A stretch of 64,000 bases of DNA from an uncultured Planctomycetia bacterium (GTDB lineage Bacteria; Omnitrophota; Gorgyraeia; 1-14-0-20-64-10), in the NCBI GenBank assembly GCA_964597545.1, contig CAZQXN010000006.1, positions 13,695-77,694 of the forward strand, read 5' to 3'. Numbering within the stretch: the stretch's first letter is position 1; every line of letters starts with the position of its first letter. The translations under genes were made by a program, and so were the position numbers. Below are positions 28,997-38,851 of the stretch, one piece after another. The notes beneath the pieces are model-generated. The model worked only from the letters and a program-made list of their open reading frames with translations, did not search any database and was not told where the DNA came from.

Positions 28997-29401
28997 GTGG
29001 AGCCCGCAGCAGTAGGCATCCATAGCGAAACGGTAACAAAGGTCTCCCGGATCAGCGGCGAGAATCCCAGAGCCTGTTATCAATGCGGGAAATGCTCTGC
29101 CGGCTGCCCCTCTGCTGACAGTATGGATCATGTTCCGAGCCAGTTCATCAAGCTCATTCAGCTCGGTTTGGAGGATGATCTTAGAGAATCCAATACCCCA
29201 TGGGTGTGCCTGACCTGTTACATCTGCTCTGTGCGCTGCCCCAAGGGTGTTGACATTGCACGCATCATGGAAGCCGGTCGACTCCTTAAAGGCCGAGAGA
29301 ATGTGGATCATGTTGACATCAGGTCCTTGGGGAACACTCTGGAAGAGGATCTTCCACCCATTGCGGTGGTGAGCTGTTTTAGGAAGCATACGGCAAGCTA
29401 A
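28997..29401 (+). CDS. hdrC: Heterodisulfide reductase subunit C
   Basis: CYQCGKCSAGCP and CLTCYICSVRCP; GTG start after GGAGG. Confidence 0.9.
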   Translation: MEPAAVGIHSETVTKVSRISGENPRACYQCGKCSAGCPSADSMDHVPSQFIKLIQLGLEDDLRESNTPWVCLTCYICSVRCPKGVDIARIMEAGRLLKGRENVDHVDIRSLGNTLEEDLPPIAVVSCFRKHTAS

Positions 29402-29407
29402 GGGAGT

Positions 29408-30280
29408 GTGATGAAGGTACCTTACTATCCCGGATGCACCTTGAAATCCAATGCCAAGGCCTTTGAGGCCTCTGCGATCGCCTCCATGCGCAGGTTGGGC
29501 ATCGAGATGGAAGAGCTTCCCCGGTGGAACTGCTGCGGAACGGTCTTCTCTTTAGCCTCCGACGATCTCATGCACCATCTTGCCCCTGCCAGGATCCTGC
29601 TTCGCGTCCAGCAGCAGGGGAGCTCCGATGTCGTGACCCTCTGCTCGATGTGTTACAACACCCTCAAGATGACCAATGTTCGGCTGAAGCAGAATCCCGA
29701 AGAGCTTAAAACTCTCAATACCGTCATGTATAAGGAAGAGGGCACCTATGACGGCAAGGTCTCGGTGCATCACCTCTTGAGTTTCCTGAAAGAAAAGGTG
29801 GGCTTCAAGGGGATCAAGGAGCATCTCCAGGCAGACCTGGGGGGACTTAAAGTTGCTCCTTATTATGGGTGTCTTCTTCTGCGCCCCCGGGAGGCCAGCA
29901 TTGACCCCAACATGGAGAATCCGACCATCATGTCGGAATTTATCCAGGCGATCGGGGCAGTACCAGTGACCTTTCCACACCAAACAGAGTGCTGCGGTGC
30001 GTATTTGACTGTAAACGCCAAGGATCTTGTGGCAGAGCGCGCCCGCGGAATCTTAGAATCTGCCAAGCGCGCAGGTGCTGAGCTGGTGCTCACCTCCTGT
30101 CCGCTTTGTCAGTTCAATCTGGAGAAGAGGCAGGCGGAAATCAAGAAGCAGACCCCTGACTTTGTGGGGCTGCCGGTTCTGTATTTCACTCAACTTTTGG
30201 CAGCTGCGATGGGCTTGGATCAGGAAACGTGTGGTTTTGATGTGGACAGCGTAGTGCTGTCTGAGGCTTTGGTCAGGTAG
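29408..30280 (+). CDS. hdrB: Heterodisulfide reductase subunit B
   Basis: YYPGC, WNCCG, YYGC, CCG and CPLC motifs. Confidence 0.93.
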   Translation: MMKVPYYPGCTLKSNAKAFEASAIASMRRLGIEMEELPRWNCCGTVFSLASDDLMHHLAPARILLRVQQQGSSDVVTLCSMCYNTLKMTNVRLKQNPEELKTLNTVMYKEEGTYDGKVSVHHLLSFLKEKVGFKGIKEHLQADLGGLKVAPYYGCLLLRPREASIDPNMENPTIMSEFIQAIGAVPVTFPHQTECCGAYLTVNAKDLVAERARGILESAKRAGAELVLTSCPLCQFNLEKRQAEIKKQTPDFVGLPVLYFTQLLAAAMGLDQETCGFDVDSVVLSEALVR

Positions 30281-30290
30281 GGCTTTTCTT

Positions 30291-31460
30291 GTGAAGAAGC
30301 GTCAAAATAGCGACAACCAACCTGTCCTAGAGGGGGTTCATTTCTGGCAGGGGGACCTTGCCTGCGCAGAAGGGGCGATCGCTGCCGGCTGCCGTTTCTT
30401 TGCCGGCTACCCGATTACACCGGCCTCAGAGGTTGCCGAGCGGATGGCGCTGAGGCTGCCGCATCTCGGGGGAGTCTATATCCAGATGGAGGATGAGATC
30501 GCCTCCATGGCGGCCATCTTAGGGGGATCATGGAGCGGGGTCAAATCAATGACCGCCACCTCTGGCCCGGGGCTTTCACTCATGCTGGAAAACTTTGGGC
30601 TCGGGATCATGACAGAAACCCCCTGCGTCATTGTAAACGTCCAGCGGGGTTCCCCCTCCACGGGTTTGCCCACCTCTTTTGCGCAATCAGACATGATGCA
30701 GGCCAGGTGGGGTTCTCATGGCGATTACGAGGTGATTGCCTTGGCCCCGGATTCCGCGCAGGAATGTTTTGACCTGACCCTCCAAGCCTTTAATCTCTCC
30801 GAGAAGTATCGGCTGCCCGTCTTTCTGATGACCGACGGTTTGGTGGGTCACATGACTGAGAAGGTGACTGTGCCTGCCGAGGGGAAGCTCAAGGTGCTGC
30901 CCCGGCGAAAAACCAAAAAGCCTGTTGGCCAATACCGCCCCTTTGAGCCTGAGGCAGACCTGGTTCCCTCCATGGCCAATTTTGGTGAAGGACACCGGCT
31001 TCATGCCACAGGGCTCACGCACGACGAAAGGGGTTATCCGGACATGAGCACCGAGGCTCAGCAGGTGCTGGTGAGACGTTTAAGTGAGAAGATCCGGAAG
31101 AATGTCGATGACATCATCATGCTCGAAGAACAGGACATGAAAGAGGCCGAGGTTGTGGTCCTCTCTTACGGGTTAACCTCTCGGGTGGTTCCCCCTGCGG
31201 TGGAGAAGGCCCGGGCCGAGGGGATTCGTGTGGGGCAGATGAGGCTGCTCACTGTCTGGCCCTTCCCTGAGAAGAAGATTGCCGAGGTCTGCAAGCGGGT
31301 CAAGGCATGGGTGGTGCCGGAGATTAATCTCGGGCAGATGGTCAGAGAGGTGGAGCGGGTGGTGGGCCAGCGCTCCAAGGTGATTTCTCTCACCCACGCC
31401 GGCGGCGATGTCCATGATCCTGACGATATCTATAACGCTATCAAGGAAGGGCTGCAGTGA
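30291..31460 (+). CDS. korA: 2-oxoacid:ferredoxin oxidoreductase alpha subunit
   Basis: GYPITPASE, EDEIAS, TATSGPG and QRGSPSTG motifs. Confidence 0.9.
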   Translation: MKKRQNSDNQPVLEGVHFWQGDLACAEGAIAAGCRFFAGYPITPASEVAERMALRLPHLGGVYIQMEDEIASMAAILGGSWSGVKSMTATSGPGLSLMLENFGLGIMTETPCVIVNVQRGSPSTGLPTSFAQSDMMQARWGSHGDYEVIALAPDSAQECFDLTLQAFNLSEKYRLPVFLMTDGLVGHMTEKVTVPAEGKLKVLPRRKTKKPVGQYRPFEPEADLVPSMANFGEGHRLHATGLTHDERGYPDMSTEAQQVLVRRLSEKIRKNVDDIIMLEEQDMKEAEVVVLSYGLTSRVVPPAVEKARAEGIRVGQMRLLTVWPFPEKKIAEVCKRVKAWVVPEINLGQMVREVERVVGQRSKVISLTHAGGDVHDPDDIYNAIKEGLQ

Positions 31461-32290
31461 ATCAGACACAGATGCCTCAGCACCCCTTAGAGCGCTACCT
31501 GCGGATGGACAGGGTACCGCACATCTGGTGTTCCGGCTGCGGCCTGGGAACCATTGCCACCTGCTTTATGAAGGCCCTGGATGAAACAGGGATAGATCCC
31601 GATAAGGTTGTGGTGGTCTCGGGGATTGGATGCACCGGCAGGATTGCAGGGTATGTGAGATTCGATTCCTTCCACACGACACACGGCAGGGCCATCCCCT
31701 TTGCCACTGGGGTTAAGCTCGCCAATCCGGATCTGCACGTGATTGTCTTCTCCGGCGATGGAGACCTATTTGCCATTGGGGGCAATCACCTGATTCATGC
31801 CGCAAGGCGCAACGTCGATATCACCGTATTCTGTGTGAACAACTTTATCTACGGCATGACAGGGGGCCAGGTGGGGCCCACCACGCCCCTTGGAGCGAAA
31901 AGCTCAACCACACCGTACGGCTGTTTTGAGCCGCCCTTTAATCTGCCCTATGTGGCAGAATCCTGCGGTGCGGTTTACGTGGCGAGGTGGACAGCCCTGC
32001 ATTTAAGGCGCATGACCCATTCCATGGGGGAGGCCATCCAGAAGCGCGGTTTCTCCTTTATTGAGGTTGTTTCACCGTGCCCCACCGTTTACTCCAGGTA
32101 CAACCGCTTGGGCGATGGGCTGAAGATGCTCAATTACTATCGCGACAACAGCCGCATCGACAACACAGCCAACACCAAAGACATTCCCCTGGGGGTGGAT
32201 CGCGAGATTGTGGTTGGCAAGTTTGTGGATATGGAGAAACCCACTTTCTTAGATTATCAGCGAGGACAGCTCACCCACCATGAAAGATAG
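31457..32290 (+). CDS. korB: 2-oxoacid:ferredoxin oxidoreductase beta subunit
   Basis: WCSGCG, GIGC and GDGD...NN TPP-binding motif. Confidence 0.9.
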   Translation: MNQTQMPQHPLERYLRMDRVPHIWCSGCGLGTIATCFMKALDETGIDPDKVVVVSGIGCTGRIAGYVRFDSFHTTHGRAIPFATGVKLANPDLHVIVFSGDGDLFAIGGNHLIHAARRNVDITVFCVNNFIYGMTGGQVGPTTPLGAKSSTTPYGCFEPPFNLPYVAESCGAVYVARWTALHLRRMTHSMGEAIQKRGFSFIEVVSPCPTVYSRYNRLGDGLKMLNYYRDNSRIDNTANTKDIPLGVDREIVVGKFVDMEKPTFLDYQRGQLTHHER

Positions 32291-32858
32291 ATACACCGTC
32301 AGGATTGCCGGTTTCGGCGGACAGGGGGTCGTCTTAAGCGGCCTGATTGTCGGCAAGGCCGCCTCCCTCTACGACGGTAAGAGCGCCGCCTTTACCCAGA
32401 GCTACGGCCCTGAAGCCAGGGGTGGGGCCTGCCGGGCGAACGTGGTGATCGAGAAGGGCAAGGTGCGTTACCCTCTGGTCAAGCAGGCCGATGCCCTGAT
32501 CGCACTTTCCAAAGAGGGGTATGAGTGCTACGGCCATGAGGTCGGTCCTGACGCTCTTGTCTTTGTGGACAGCGATCTGGTGAAGGAAGCCCCCATCGAT
32601 AACAAGCGGGTTTTTGGGATTCCGGCCACCCGCCTTGCTGAATCCATGGGGCAAAAGATTGTCGCCAACATCATCATGCTGGGATTCTTCGCCGGAATCA
32701 CTCAGAGCATCTCCAAGGCCGCGATGCTCAAGAGCATCAAAACCTCCGTAAAGGAGGCCTTTGTGGAGATCAACGGTAAGGCTTTTGAGAAAGGCTACAC
32801 CTATCGTGACGCAACCCCAAGCAAACAAGCAGAACGCATACCAGCCCAAAATATTTAA
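32280..32858 (+). CDS. korC: 2-oxoacid:ferredoxin oxidoreductase gamma subunit
   Basis: GFGGQG and YGPEARGG motifs. Confidence 0.88.
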   Translation: MKDRYTVRIAGFGGQGVVLSGLIVGKAASLYDGKSAAFTQSYGPEARGGACRANVVIEKGKVRYPLVKQADALIALSKEGYECYGHEVGPDALVFVDSDLVKEAPIDNKRVFGIPATRLAESMGQKIVANIIMLGFFAGITQSISKAAMLKSIKTSVKEAFVEINGKAFEKGYTYRDATPSKQAERIPAQNI

Positions 32859-33090
32859 GGGCACGGTCTATATCCTCAAGGACCGCTGCAAGGGGTGTCA
32901 ATTCTGCATCGACTACTGCCCCAAGAAGATCCTTAAGGTCTCCGAAGATTTCAATGAAAAGGGTTACCACTATCCCATCGTGATCGACGAATCGGCCTGT
33001 GTCAACTGCAAGGTCTGCGAGGACATCTGTCCGGATTTTGCCATATTCTCTATCGCTCGGCAGGGCAGCGATAATGGGAGTCCCCCTTGA
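32806..33090 (+). CDS. korD: 2-oxoacid:ferredoxin oxidoreductase delta subunit (2x[4Fe-4S])
   Basis: CKGCQFCIDYCP and CVNCKVCEDICPDFAI; GTG start at 32806 inferred. Confidence 0.85.
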   Translation: MTQPQANKQNAYQPKIFKGTVYILKDRCKGCQFCIDYCPKKILKVSEDFNEKGYHYPIVIDESACVNCKVCEDICPDFAIFSIARQGSDNGSPP

Positions 33091-35048
33091 GAAGAATAGG
33101 CGTATTTGTCTGTCACTGCGGCGGCAACATCTCCAACGTCGTTGATGTCGAACGGGTTGCCCAGGAGATCGGTAAGCTCCCCGGGGTGGCGCTGTCGACC
33201 ACCAACCGCTACATGTGTTCGGCGCACGGACAGGATCTAATCCGTGCACAGGTCTCCCAGCACGGGTTAGACGGCTTTATCATTGCTGCCTGCTCGCACA
33301 CCCTTCATGAAGCCACCTTCCGCGGGCTGGCCAAGGAGATCGGTCTCAATCCCTACCAGGCAGAGATCTCCAACATCCGAGAGCAGGATTCCTGGGTTCA
33401 CGATGATGCGGAGTTTGCCACACAGAAGGCAGTTCGGATCATTCAGGGTGTCCTAGAGAAACTCAAGCTCAATGAGAGCCTTGACCCGGTCGAGGTTCCG
33501 GTGACCAAAAAGGTCTTGGTGATCGGTGCGGGGATTGCAGGCATGCAGTCGGCCTTGGACATTGCGCATGCAGGCTACGAGGTCACCTTGGTGGAGCGGC
33601 GCGCCACCATCGGCGGACACATGGCTCAGATCTCTAAGACCTTTCCGACGCTGGATTGCTCTCAATGCATCATGACGCCCCGGATGGTGGATGTTGCGCA
33701 CCATGAAAAGATCACACTCTTGACCAACAGTGAGGTTGAGGAGGTTTCCGGGTATGTAGGCAATTTCAAGGTCAAGATTAAGAAGAAGCCCATCTACGTG
33801 GATACCGAGAAGTGCACCCTGTGCAACGAATGCACAGAGGTTTGTCCGGTCGAGGTGGACAGTGAGCATGAGGCGGGCCTCACGAAGCGCAAGGCCATCT
33901 ACATTCCTTTTCCGCAGGCGGTGCCGGCCACCTATACCTTGGATGAGGACAGCTGTCTCGGGCTGCTTCCTTTGGCCTGCGGTGAATGCACCAAGGTGTG
34001 CGAGCCCGAGGCGATCAACTACGATCTGCATTCCGAATTCGTTGAGGATCAATTCGGCGCCATCATCGCGGCAACCGGCTATGAGCTCTACCCCATCTTG
34101 AATCTTAAAGAGTATGGAGCCGGCGAGATTCCCGATGTCATCGACGGCATGCAGTTTGAGCGGCTCCTCTATCAGGACAGCGCCACAAGCTGCGGGATCC
34201 GCAGGCCCTCCGACGGCAAGGTTGCCCGGGACATCGTCTTTGTCCAATGCGCCGGTTCCCGCGACCCCGAGCAGCACAATGCCTTCTGCTCCAAGGTTTG
34301 CTGCATGTACACCTCCAAACAGGCGCTGCTGTTCCAGAGCGCCGCCCCCGAGGGCAAGTCGTACATCTTCTACATCGACATCCGTTCCGGCGGCAAAGGG
34401 TATGAGGAGTTTGTCCAGCGGGTCACCGAGCAAAATGACGTGACCTATTTGCGGGGCAAGGTCTCCAAGATCTTTCGGGAAGAGGACAAGGTGGTGGTTT
34501 GGGGGGCCGATACCCTGACCGGCAAGAAGGTTCAGATCCGCGCGGATCTGGTGGTTCTGGCAACAACGATGATGCCCTCACCGGGGATCAGGGATCTGGC
34601 CGGAAAACTCAGGCTCAATCTCGATCAATATGGATTCACACAGGAGGCCCACCCGAAGCTAAGGCCTGTTGAGAGCCTCTCCGCTGGGATCTTTATGGCC
34701 GGATGCGCCCAAAGTCCCCGGGACATCCCGGATACGGTTTCCCACGCCTCGGGTGCGGCAAGCAAGGTGATGACGATGATCTCCCGCGATGTCTTAGAGC
34801 GGGAGCCGACCATCGCCACGGTGGATGAGACCCTCTGCAGTGGATGTAAGATCTGCATCTCAGTTTGCCCCTACGGGGCCAGGGTATTCCAGGAAGCAAA
34901 GAATGTTGTGGAGGTCAATGCCGCAACCTGTGAGGCGTGCGGCTCCTGCGTGGTGGCGTGCCCCAGCAGCGCCTCGCAGCAGATCAACTGCAACGATGAT
35001 CAGATAAAGGCGATGGTGCAGACAGCACTCTCGGAGCAAAAGTCATGA
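33087..35048 (+). CDS. hdrA: Heterodisulfide reductase subunit A
   Basis: CHCGGNI, GAGIAG, KTFPTLDC, CSKVCC and ferredoxin motifs. Confidence 0.95.
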   Translation: MRRIGVFVCHCGGNISNVVDVERVAQEIGKLPGVALSTTNRYMCSAHGQDLIRAQVSQHGLDGFIIAACSHTLHEATFRGLAKEIGLNPYQAEISNIREQDSWVHDDAEFATQKAVRIIQGVLEKLKLNESLDPVEVPVTKKVLVIGAGIAGMQSALDIAHAGYEVTLVERRATIGGHMAQISKTFPTLDCSQCIMTPRMVDVAHHEKITLLTNSEVEEVSGYVGNFKVKIKKKPIYVDTEKCTLCNECTEVCPVEVDSEHEAGLTKRKAIYIPFPQAVPATYTLDEDSCLGLLPLACGECTKVCEPEAINYDLHSEFVEDQFGAIIAATGYELYPILNLKEYGAGEIPDVIDGMQFERLLYQDSATSCGIRRPSDGKVARDIVFVQCAGSRDPEQHNAFCSKVCCMYTSKQALLFQSAAPEGKSYIFYIDIRSGGKGYEEFVQRVTEQNDVTYLRGKVSKIFREEDKVVVWGADTLTGKKVQIRADLVVLATTMMPSPGIRDLAGKLRLNLDQYGFTQEAHPKLRPVESLSAGIFMAGCAQSPRDIPDTVSHASGAASKVMTMISRDVLEREPTIATVDETLCSGCKICISVCPYGARVFQEAKNVVEVNAATCEACGSCVVACPSSASQQINCNDDQIKAMVQTALSEQKS

Positions 35049-35470
35049 CTGCGCCCCAGGCGTTTGAGCCTAAGATCGTCGGTTTCTTGTGCAAATGGTG
35101 CACCTCGGCAGCGGCCGATTTGGCCGGGGTGAGCCGATTAAAGTATCAGCCCAATGCTGTTAACATCCGGGTGATGTGTTCCTCCCGGGTGGATCCGGTG
35201 CATATCATGGAGGCCTTCCGGAATGGGGCCGATGGGGTATTCATTGGGGGCTGCCACCCCGGGGACTGCCATTATGTGACCGGCAACACTCAGACCCAGA
35301 GGCGGATCGCCATCCTCCATAAGATACTTGAGCCCATGGGGATTGAGCCCGAGCGCTTGAGGCTTGAGTGGATTTCTGCTTCGGAGGGGACAAAATTTCA
35401 GAATGCCATGAATGAATTCATCGATACCGTAAGGGCCATGGGCCCGTATAAAGCGTATGCCCAAGTCTAA
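35045..35470 (+). CDS. mvhD: F420-non-reducing hydrogenase delta subunit
   Basis: C.WC, RVMCSSRV, GCHPGDCHY and WISASEG motifs. Confidence 0.93.
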   Translation: MTAPQAFEPKIVGFLCKWCTSAAADLAGVSRLKYQPNAVNIRVMCSSRVDPVHIMEAFRNGADGVFIGGCHPGDCHYVTGNTQTQRRIAILHKILEPMGIEPERLRLEWISASEGTKFQNAMNEFIDTVRAMGPYKAYAQV

Positions 35471-36176
35471 GTCTCAAGAGGCGGCTGTGCCTGCCGCGGG
35501 CGTCAGAGATGTGACGGTCTACATCATGGGCAAGCCGTACAGCGTGCCCTCGGACAAGACCATCATGGGCGCGATTCATCATGTGGGCTACCAGCTGATC
35601 CGCGGCGCAGGCTGCCGGGAAGGTTTCTGCGGGGCATGCTCCACCATCTATCGCATGCCCGGCGATTACAAGTTCCACACGGCCCAGGCCTGCACCAAAC
35701 TGGTCGAGGACAAAATGTACCTCGCCCAGATCCCCTTTGTCCCCGCGGATAGGCCCATCTACGATCTGGATGCGCTCAAGCCCGAGGCAGCTACCTTTGA
35801 GAAGATCTTTCCTGAAACCTTCCGGTGCTTGGCGTGCAACACCTGCACCAAGGCCTGCCCGCAGGACATTCAGGTCATGGATTATATTCAGGCGGTGATC
35901 CGCAATGACGTGGCCGCTTGCGCGGATCTCTCCTTTGACTGCATTGCCTGCGGGATGTGCGCGATTCGGTGCCCGGCAGAGATTACCCAGCACCAGGTGG
36001 GTCTTTTGGCCAGGCGGCTCACAGGGAAGTACTTGAGCCCCAAGGGAAAGCATCTCCCCGCTCGCATTGCCGAGGTTGAGCAGGGCCGCTATAAGAGCGA
36101 GATCAAGGAGATGATGGGTACGGAAAAGAGCCGCCTCAAGGAGCAGTACCACAGCCGGGACATCGAGCCCGAATGA
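35457..36176 (+). CDS. FrdB/TfrB-like iron-sulfur protein (2Fe-2S plus 2x4Fe-4S)
   Basis: CREGFCGAC...C, CLACNTCTKACP and CIACGMCAIRCP. Confidence 0.8.
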   Translation: MPKSKSQEAAVPAAGVRDVTVYIMGKPYSVPSDKTIMGAIHHVGYQLIRGAGCREGFCGACSTIYRMPGDYKFHTAQACTKLVEDKMYLAQIPFVPADRPIYDLDALKPEAATFEKIFPETFRCLACNTCTKACPQDIQVMDYIQAVIRNDVAACADLSFDCIACGMCAIRCPAEITQHQVGLLARRLTGKYLSPKGKHLPARIAEVEQGRYKSEIKEMMGTEKSRLKEQYHSRDIEPE

Positions 36177-36200
36177 GATTTAAAGAGGAATCCTTCGCCC

Positions 36201-37868
36201 ATGTATCCTGAGTTCATGCAGCAGTCCCTCAAAAAGGTTGAAAAGAGTCGGCCCGAGAGGCTCAAGCTCGCCAAATCCGGCAAGCCGATATTCCCGATCA
36301 TGTCTGCCAAAGAGCGGGAGGCTGTCTTAAGCTCCTCTCACCCTGACTATAAGAAGGAAAGCCGAAGGGTTGTTCGGGTGGGGCCCAATGCAGGGGAGAT
36401 GCTGACCACACCGGTTGCAGACATCCTGGAGGCGCGCCCCAGGATAGATGTGAACGATATTGACTTAAAGAAGGCCGATGCAACAACGGATCTTTTAATC
36501 ATCGGCGGTGGCGGGGCAGGGTGTGCGGCGGCGATTACGGCCCGGCAAGAGGGGGTCAAATCCACGATTGTGACCAAGCTTCGGCTCGGCGATGCCAACT
36601 CGATGATGTCTCAGGGGGGCATTCAGGCAGCCGTCAATCCCAACGATTCCCCCACCCGGCATTATCTCGATGCCATCGGGGGAGGCCACTTTGACAACAA
36701 GCCGGAGTTGGTTGAGGCCCTGGTCAACGATGCCCCCGGAGTGATCCAGTGGCTTGAGGATTTGGGGGTTATGTTTGACAAGGATGAGGCAGGCGAGCTC
36801 AAGACCTTTCCCTTTGGAGGATATTCCCGAAAGCGGATGCTCTCCTGCCGCGACTATACCGGCATGGCGATCATGCGCTGCCTCATGGATGAAATCAAGA
36901 ATTACCCCGATGAGATTGCCATCCAGGAATTCTCCTCTGCTGTGGAGCTCCTATTGGATGAAAAGGGGCGCTGCGCCGGGGCGGTGCTCTACAACATGGA
37001 GACTGAGGAGTACACGACCATCCAGGCTCGAGCCACCCTCATTGCCACCGGCGGTTTCGGCAGGCTCCACATCTCCGGCTTTGACACCACCAATCATTAC
37101 GGGGCCACGTGCGACGGTGTGGTGATCGCCTATCGGGCCGGGGCGAAGCTGTTGTACATGGATTCGGTTCAGTATCACCCCACCGGGGCCGTCTACCCCG
37201 AGCAGATCGCAGGCTTCCTGGTCACCGAGAAGGTCAGGGGCGGCGGCGGGCAGCTCTTAAACCGCGAGGGAGAGATCTTTGTCTATCCCAAGGAGCCGCG
37301 GGATGTTGAAACCGCCGCGATCATCCGGGAGTGCCAAGCAAAGAAGAGGGGCATTCAGGATAACTACGGCCGACATGGAGTATGGCTGGACTCCCCGATC
37401 ATCGATGAGATCCACGGCGCCGGTTTCATTGCCGCAAATTATCCGGCCATGGTCAGGCAGTTTGGGAAGTTCAACATCGATATCGTCCGAGAGCCGATGC
37501 TGGTTTATCCGACCCTGCATTATCAAAACGGCGGCATTGAGATCAACGTCAAGTGCGAGACCAATATCCCAGGTCTTTTTGTCGCCGGCGAAGCCTCCGG
37601 CGGCCTCCATGGCAGGAACCGCCTGATGGGTAATTCCGTGTTGGATTACAACGTCTTCGGCAAGAGGGCAGGGGTCCAGGCCGCCGAGTGCGCCAAGAAG
37701 GCTAAGGTGGGCAAGCTCTCCCTGGAGCACGTCAAGAAATTTGAAGCCCAAATGAAGAAGGCGCGCATTGTGACCGACAGGATCTCCCCGGTGTTGCTTC
37801 CCAACTACACCCCTGAGGTTATCAAGGAGCGGCAGCTCACTTCGCATTACGTGGGAACACTCAGATGA
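36201..37868 (+). CDS. Fumarate reductase/succinate dehydrogenase-family flavoprotein
   Basis: GGGGAG, QYHPTG, TE.VRG, PRD, LHYQNGG and HGRNRL.GNS motifs. Confidence 0.85.
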   Translation: MYPEFMQQSLKKVEKSRPERLKLAKSGKPIFPIMSAKEREAVLSSSHPDYKKESRRVVRVGPNAGEMLTTPVADILEARPRIDVNDIDLKKADATTDLLIIGGGGAGCAAAITARQEGVKSTIVTKLRLGDANSMMSQGGIQAAVNPNDSPTRHYLDAIGGGHFDNKPELVEALVNDAPGVIQWLEDLGVMFDKDEAGELKTFPFGGYSRKRMLSCRDYTGMAIMRCLMDEIKNYPDEIAIQEFSSAVELLLDEKGRCAGAVLYNMETEEYTTIQARATLIATGGFGRLHISGFDTTNHYGATCDGVVIAYRAGAKLLYMDSVQYHPTGAVYPEQIAGFLVTEKVRGGGGQLLNREGEIFVYPKEPRDVETAAIIRECQAKKRGIQDNYGRHGVWLDSPIIDEIHGAGFIAANYPAMVRQFGKFNIDIVREPMLVYPTLHYQNGGIEINVKCETNIPGLFVAGEASGGLHGRNRLMGNSVLDYNVFGKRAGVQAAECAKKAKVGKLSLEHVKKFEAQMKKARIVTDRISPVLLPNYTPEVIKERQLTSHYVGTLR

Positions 37869-38851
37869 GCAAACCTAAGGTTGCCCTCTATTGGTGTGCC
37901 AGCTGCGGCGGATGCGAGGAGTCTGTTGTCGACTTGGCTGAAGACATCCTGACAGTCACGGATGCCATCGACATCGTATTCTGGCCGGTGGCGATGGACT
38001 TCAAATATTCCGATGTCGAAGCCATGGCCGATGGCGAGCTCACCGCCACACTTGTCAACGGTGCCATCCGAACCGATGAGCAGGAGCGCATCGCCAAGCT
38101 CTTAAGACGCAAATCCCAGCTCATTATCGCCCACGGAAGCTGCGCCCATCTGGGGGGTGTCGTGGGGCTGGCCAACTTCTACAAGCGGGAAGATGTTCTT
38201 GGGCGCGCCTACACCGAGGTTCCAAGTGTCAACAACCCCAAGAAGACGCTGCCTCAGGTGCAAACCAAAGAGTCCGGCAATGAGCTGGAGCTGCCCGGTT
38301 TTCACGGCTCGGTCAAAGCCCTGGATCAAGTGATAGAGGTGGACTATTATCTGCCGGGCTGTCCCACGCCGCCTGCGCTCATCAAGACAGCGGTTATGGC
38401 GATCCTTGAGGGGAAGTTGCCTCCCAAGGGGACGGTCATAGCGGAGCAAAAGTCGCTGTGCGACACCTGCATTCTCAAGGAGAGCAAGCCCGATGAGATT
38501 GCGGTCAAGCGGTTCAAAAGGGTCTATGAGACTGAGTGGGACTCGACCAAGTGTTTTTTGGACCAGGGGATCATCTGCTTGGGGCCTGCAACGCGAGGGG
38601 GCTGCGACTCCAGGTGCATCAAGGCGAACATGCCCTGCCGGGGCTGCTTTGGACCCACCGAGGCGGTCACAGATCAGGGTGCCAAGTTCTTGTCGGCCTT
38701 GGCCTCTTGTATCAGTTCGGACAACGGCGAGGAGTTGAGCGCCATCGTCAATTCCATCCCTGACCCTGCGGGGCTCTTCTACCGCTACAGCTTAGCCTCA
38801 TCGACGCTGAAGGCCGGAGCAGGCAAAAAGAAAGTAGAGGTCAATGAGTAA
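37865..38851 (+). CDS. mvhG: [NiFe] group 3c hydrogenase small subunit
   Basis: CASCGGC, GSCA, PGCP and C.GC.GP motifs. Confidence 0.9.
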   Translation: MSKPKVALYWCASCGGCEESVVDLAEDILTVTDAIDIVFWPVAMDFKYSDVEAMADGELTATLVNGAIRTDEQERIAKLLRRKSQLIIAHGSCAHLGGVVGLANFYKREDVLGRAYTEVPSVNNPKKTLPQVQTKESGNELELPGFHGSVKALDQVIEVDYYLPGCPTPPALIKTAVMAILEGKLPPKGTVIAEQKSLCDTCILKESKPDEIAVKRFKRVYETEWDSTKCFLDQGIICLGPATRGGCDSRCIKANMPCRGCFGPTEAVTDQGAKFLSALASCISSDNGEELSAIVNSIPDPAGLFYRYSLASSTLKAGAGKKKVEVNE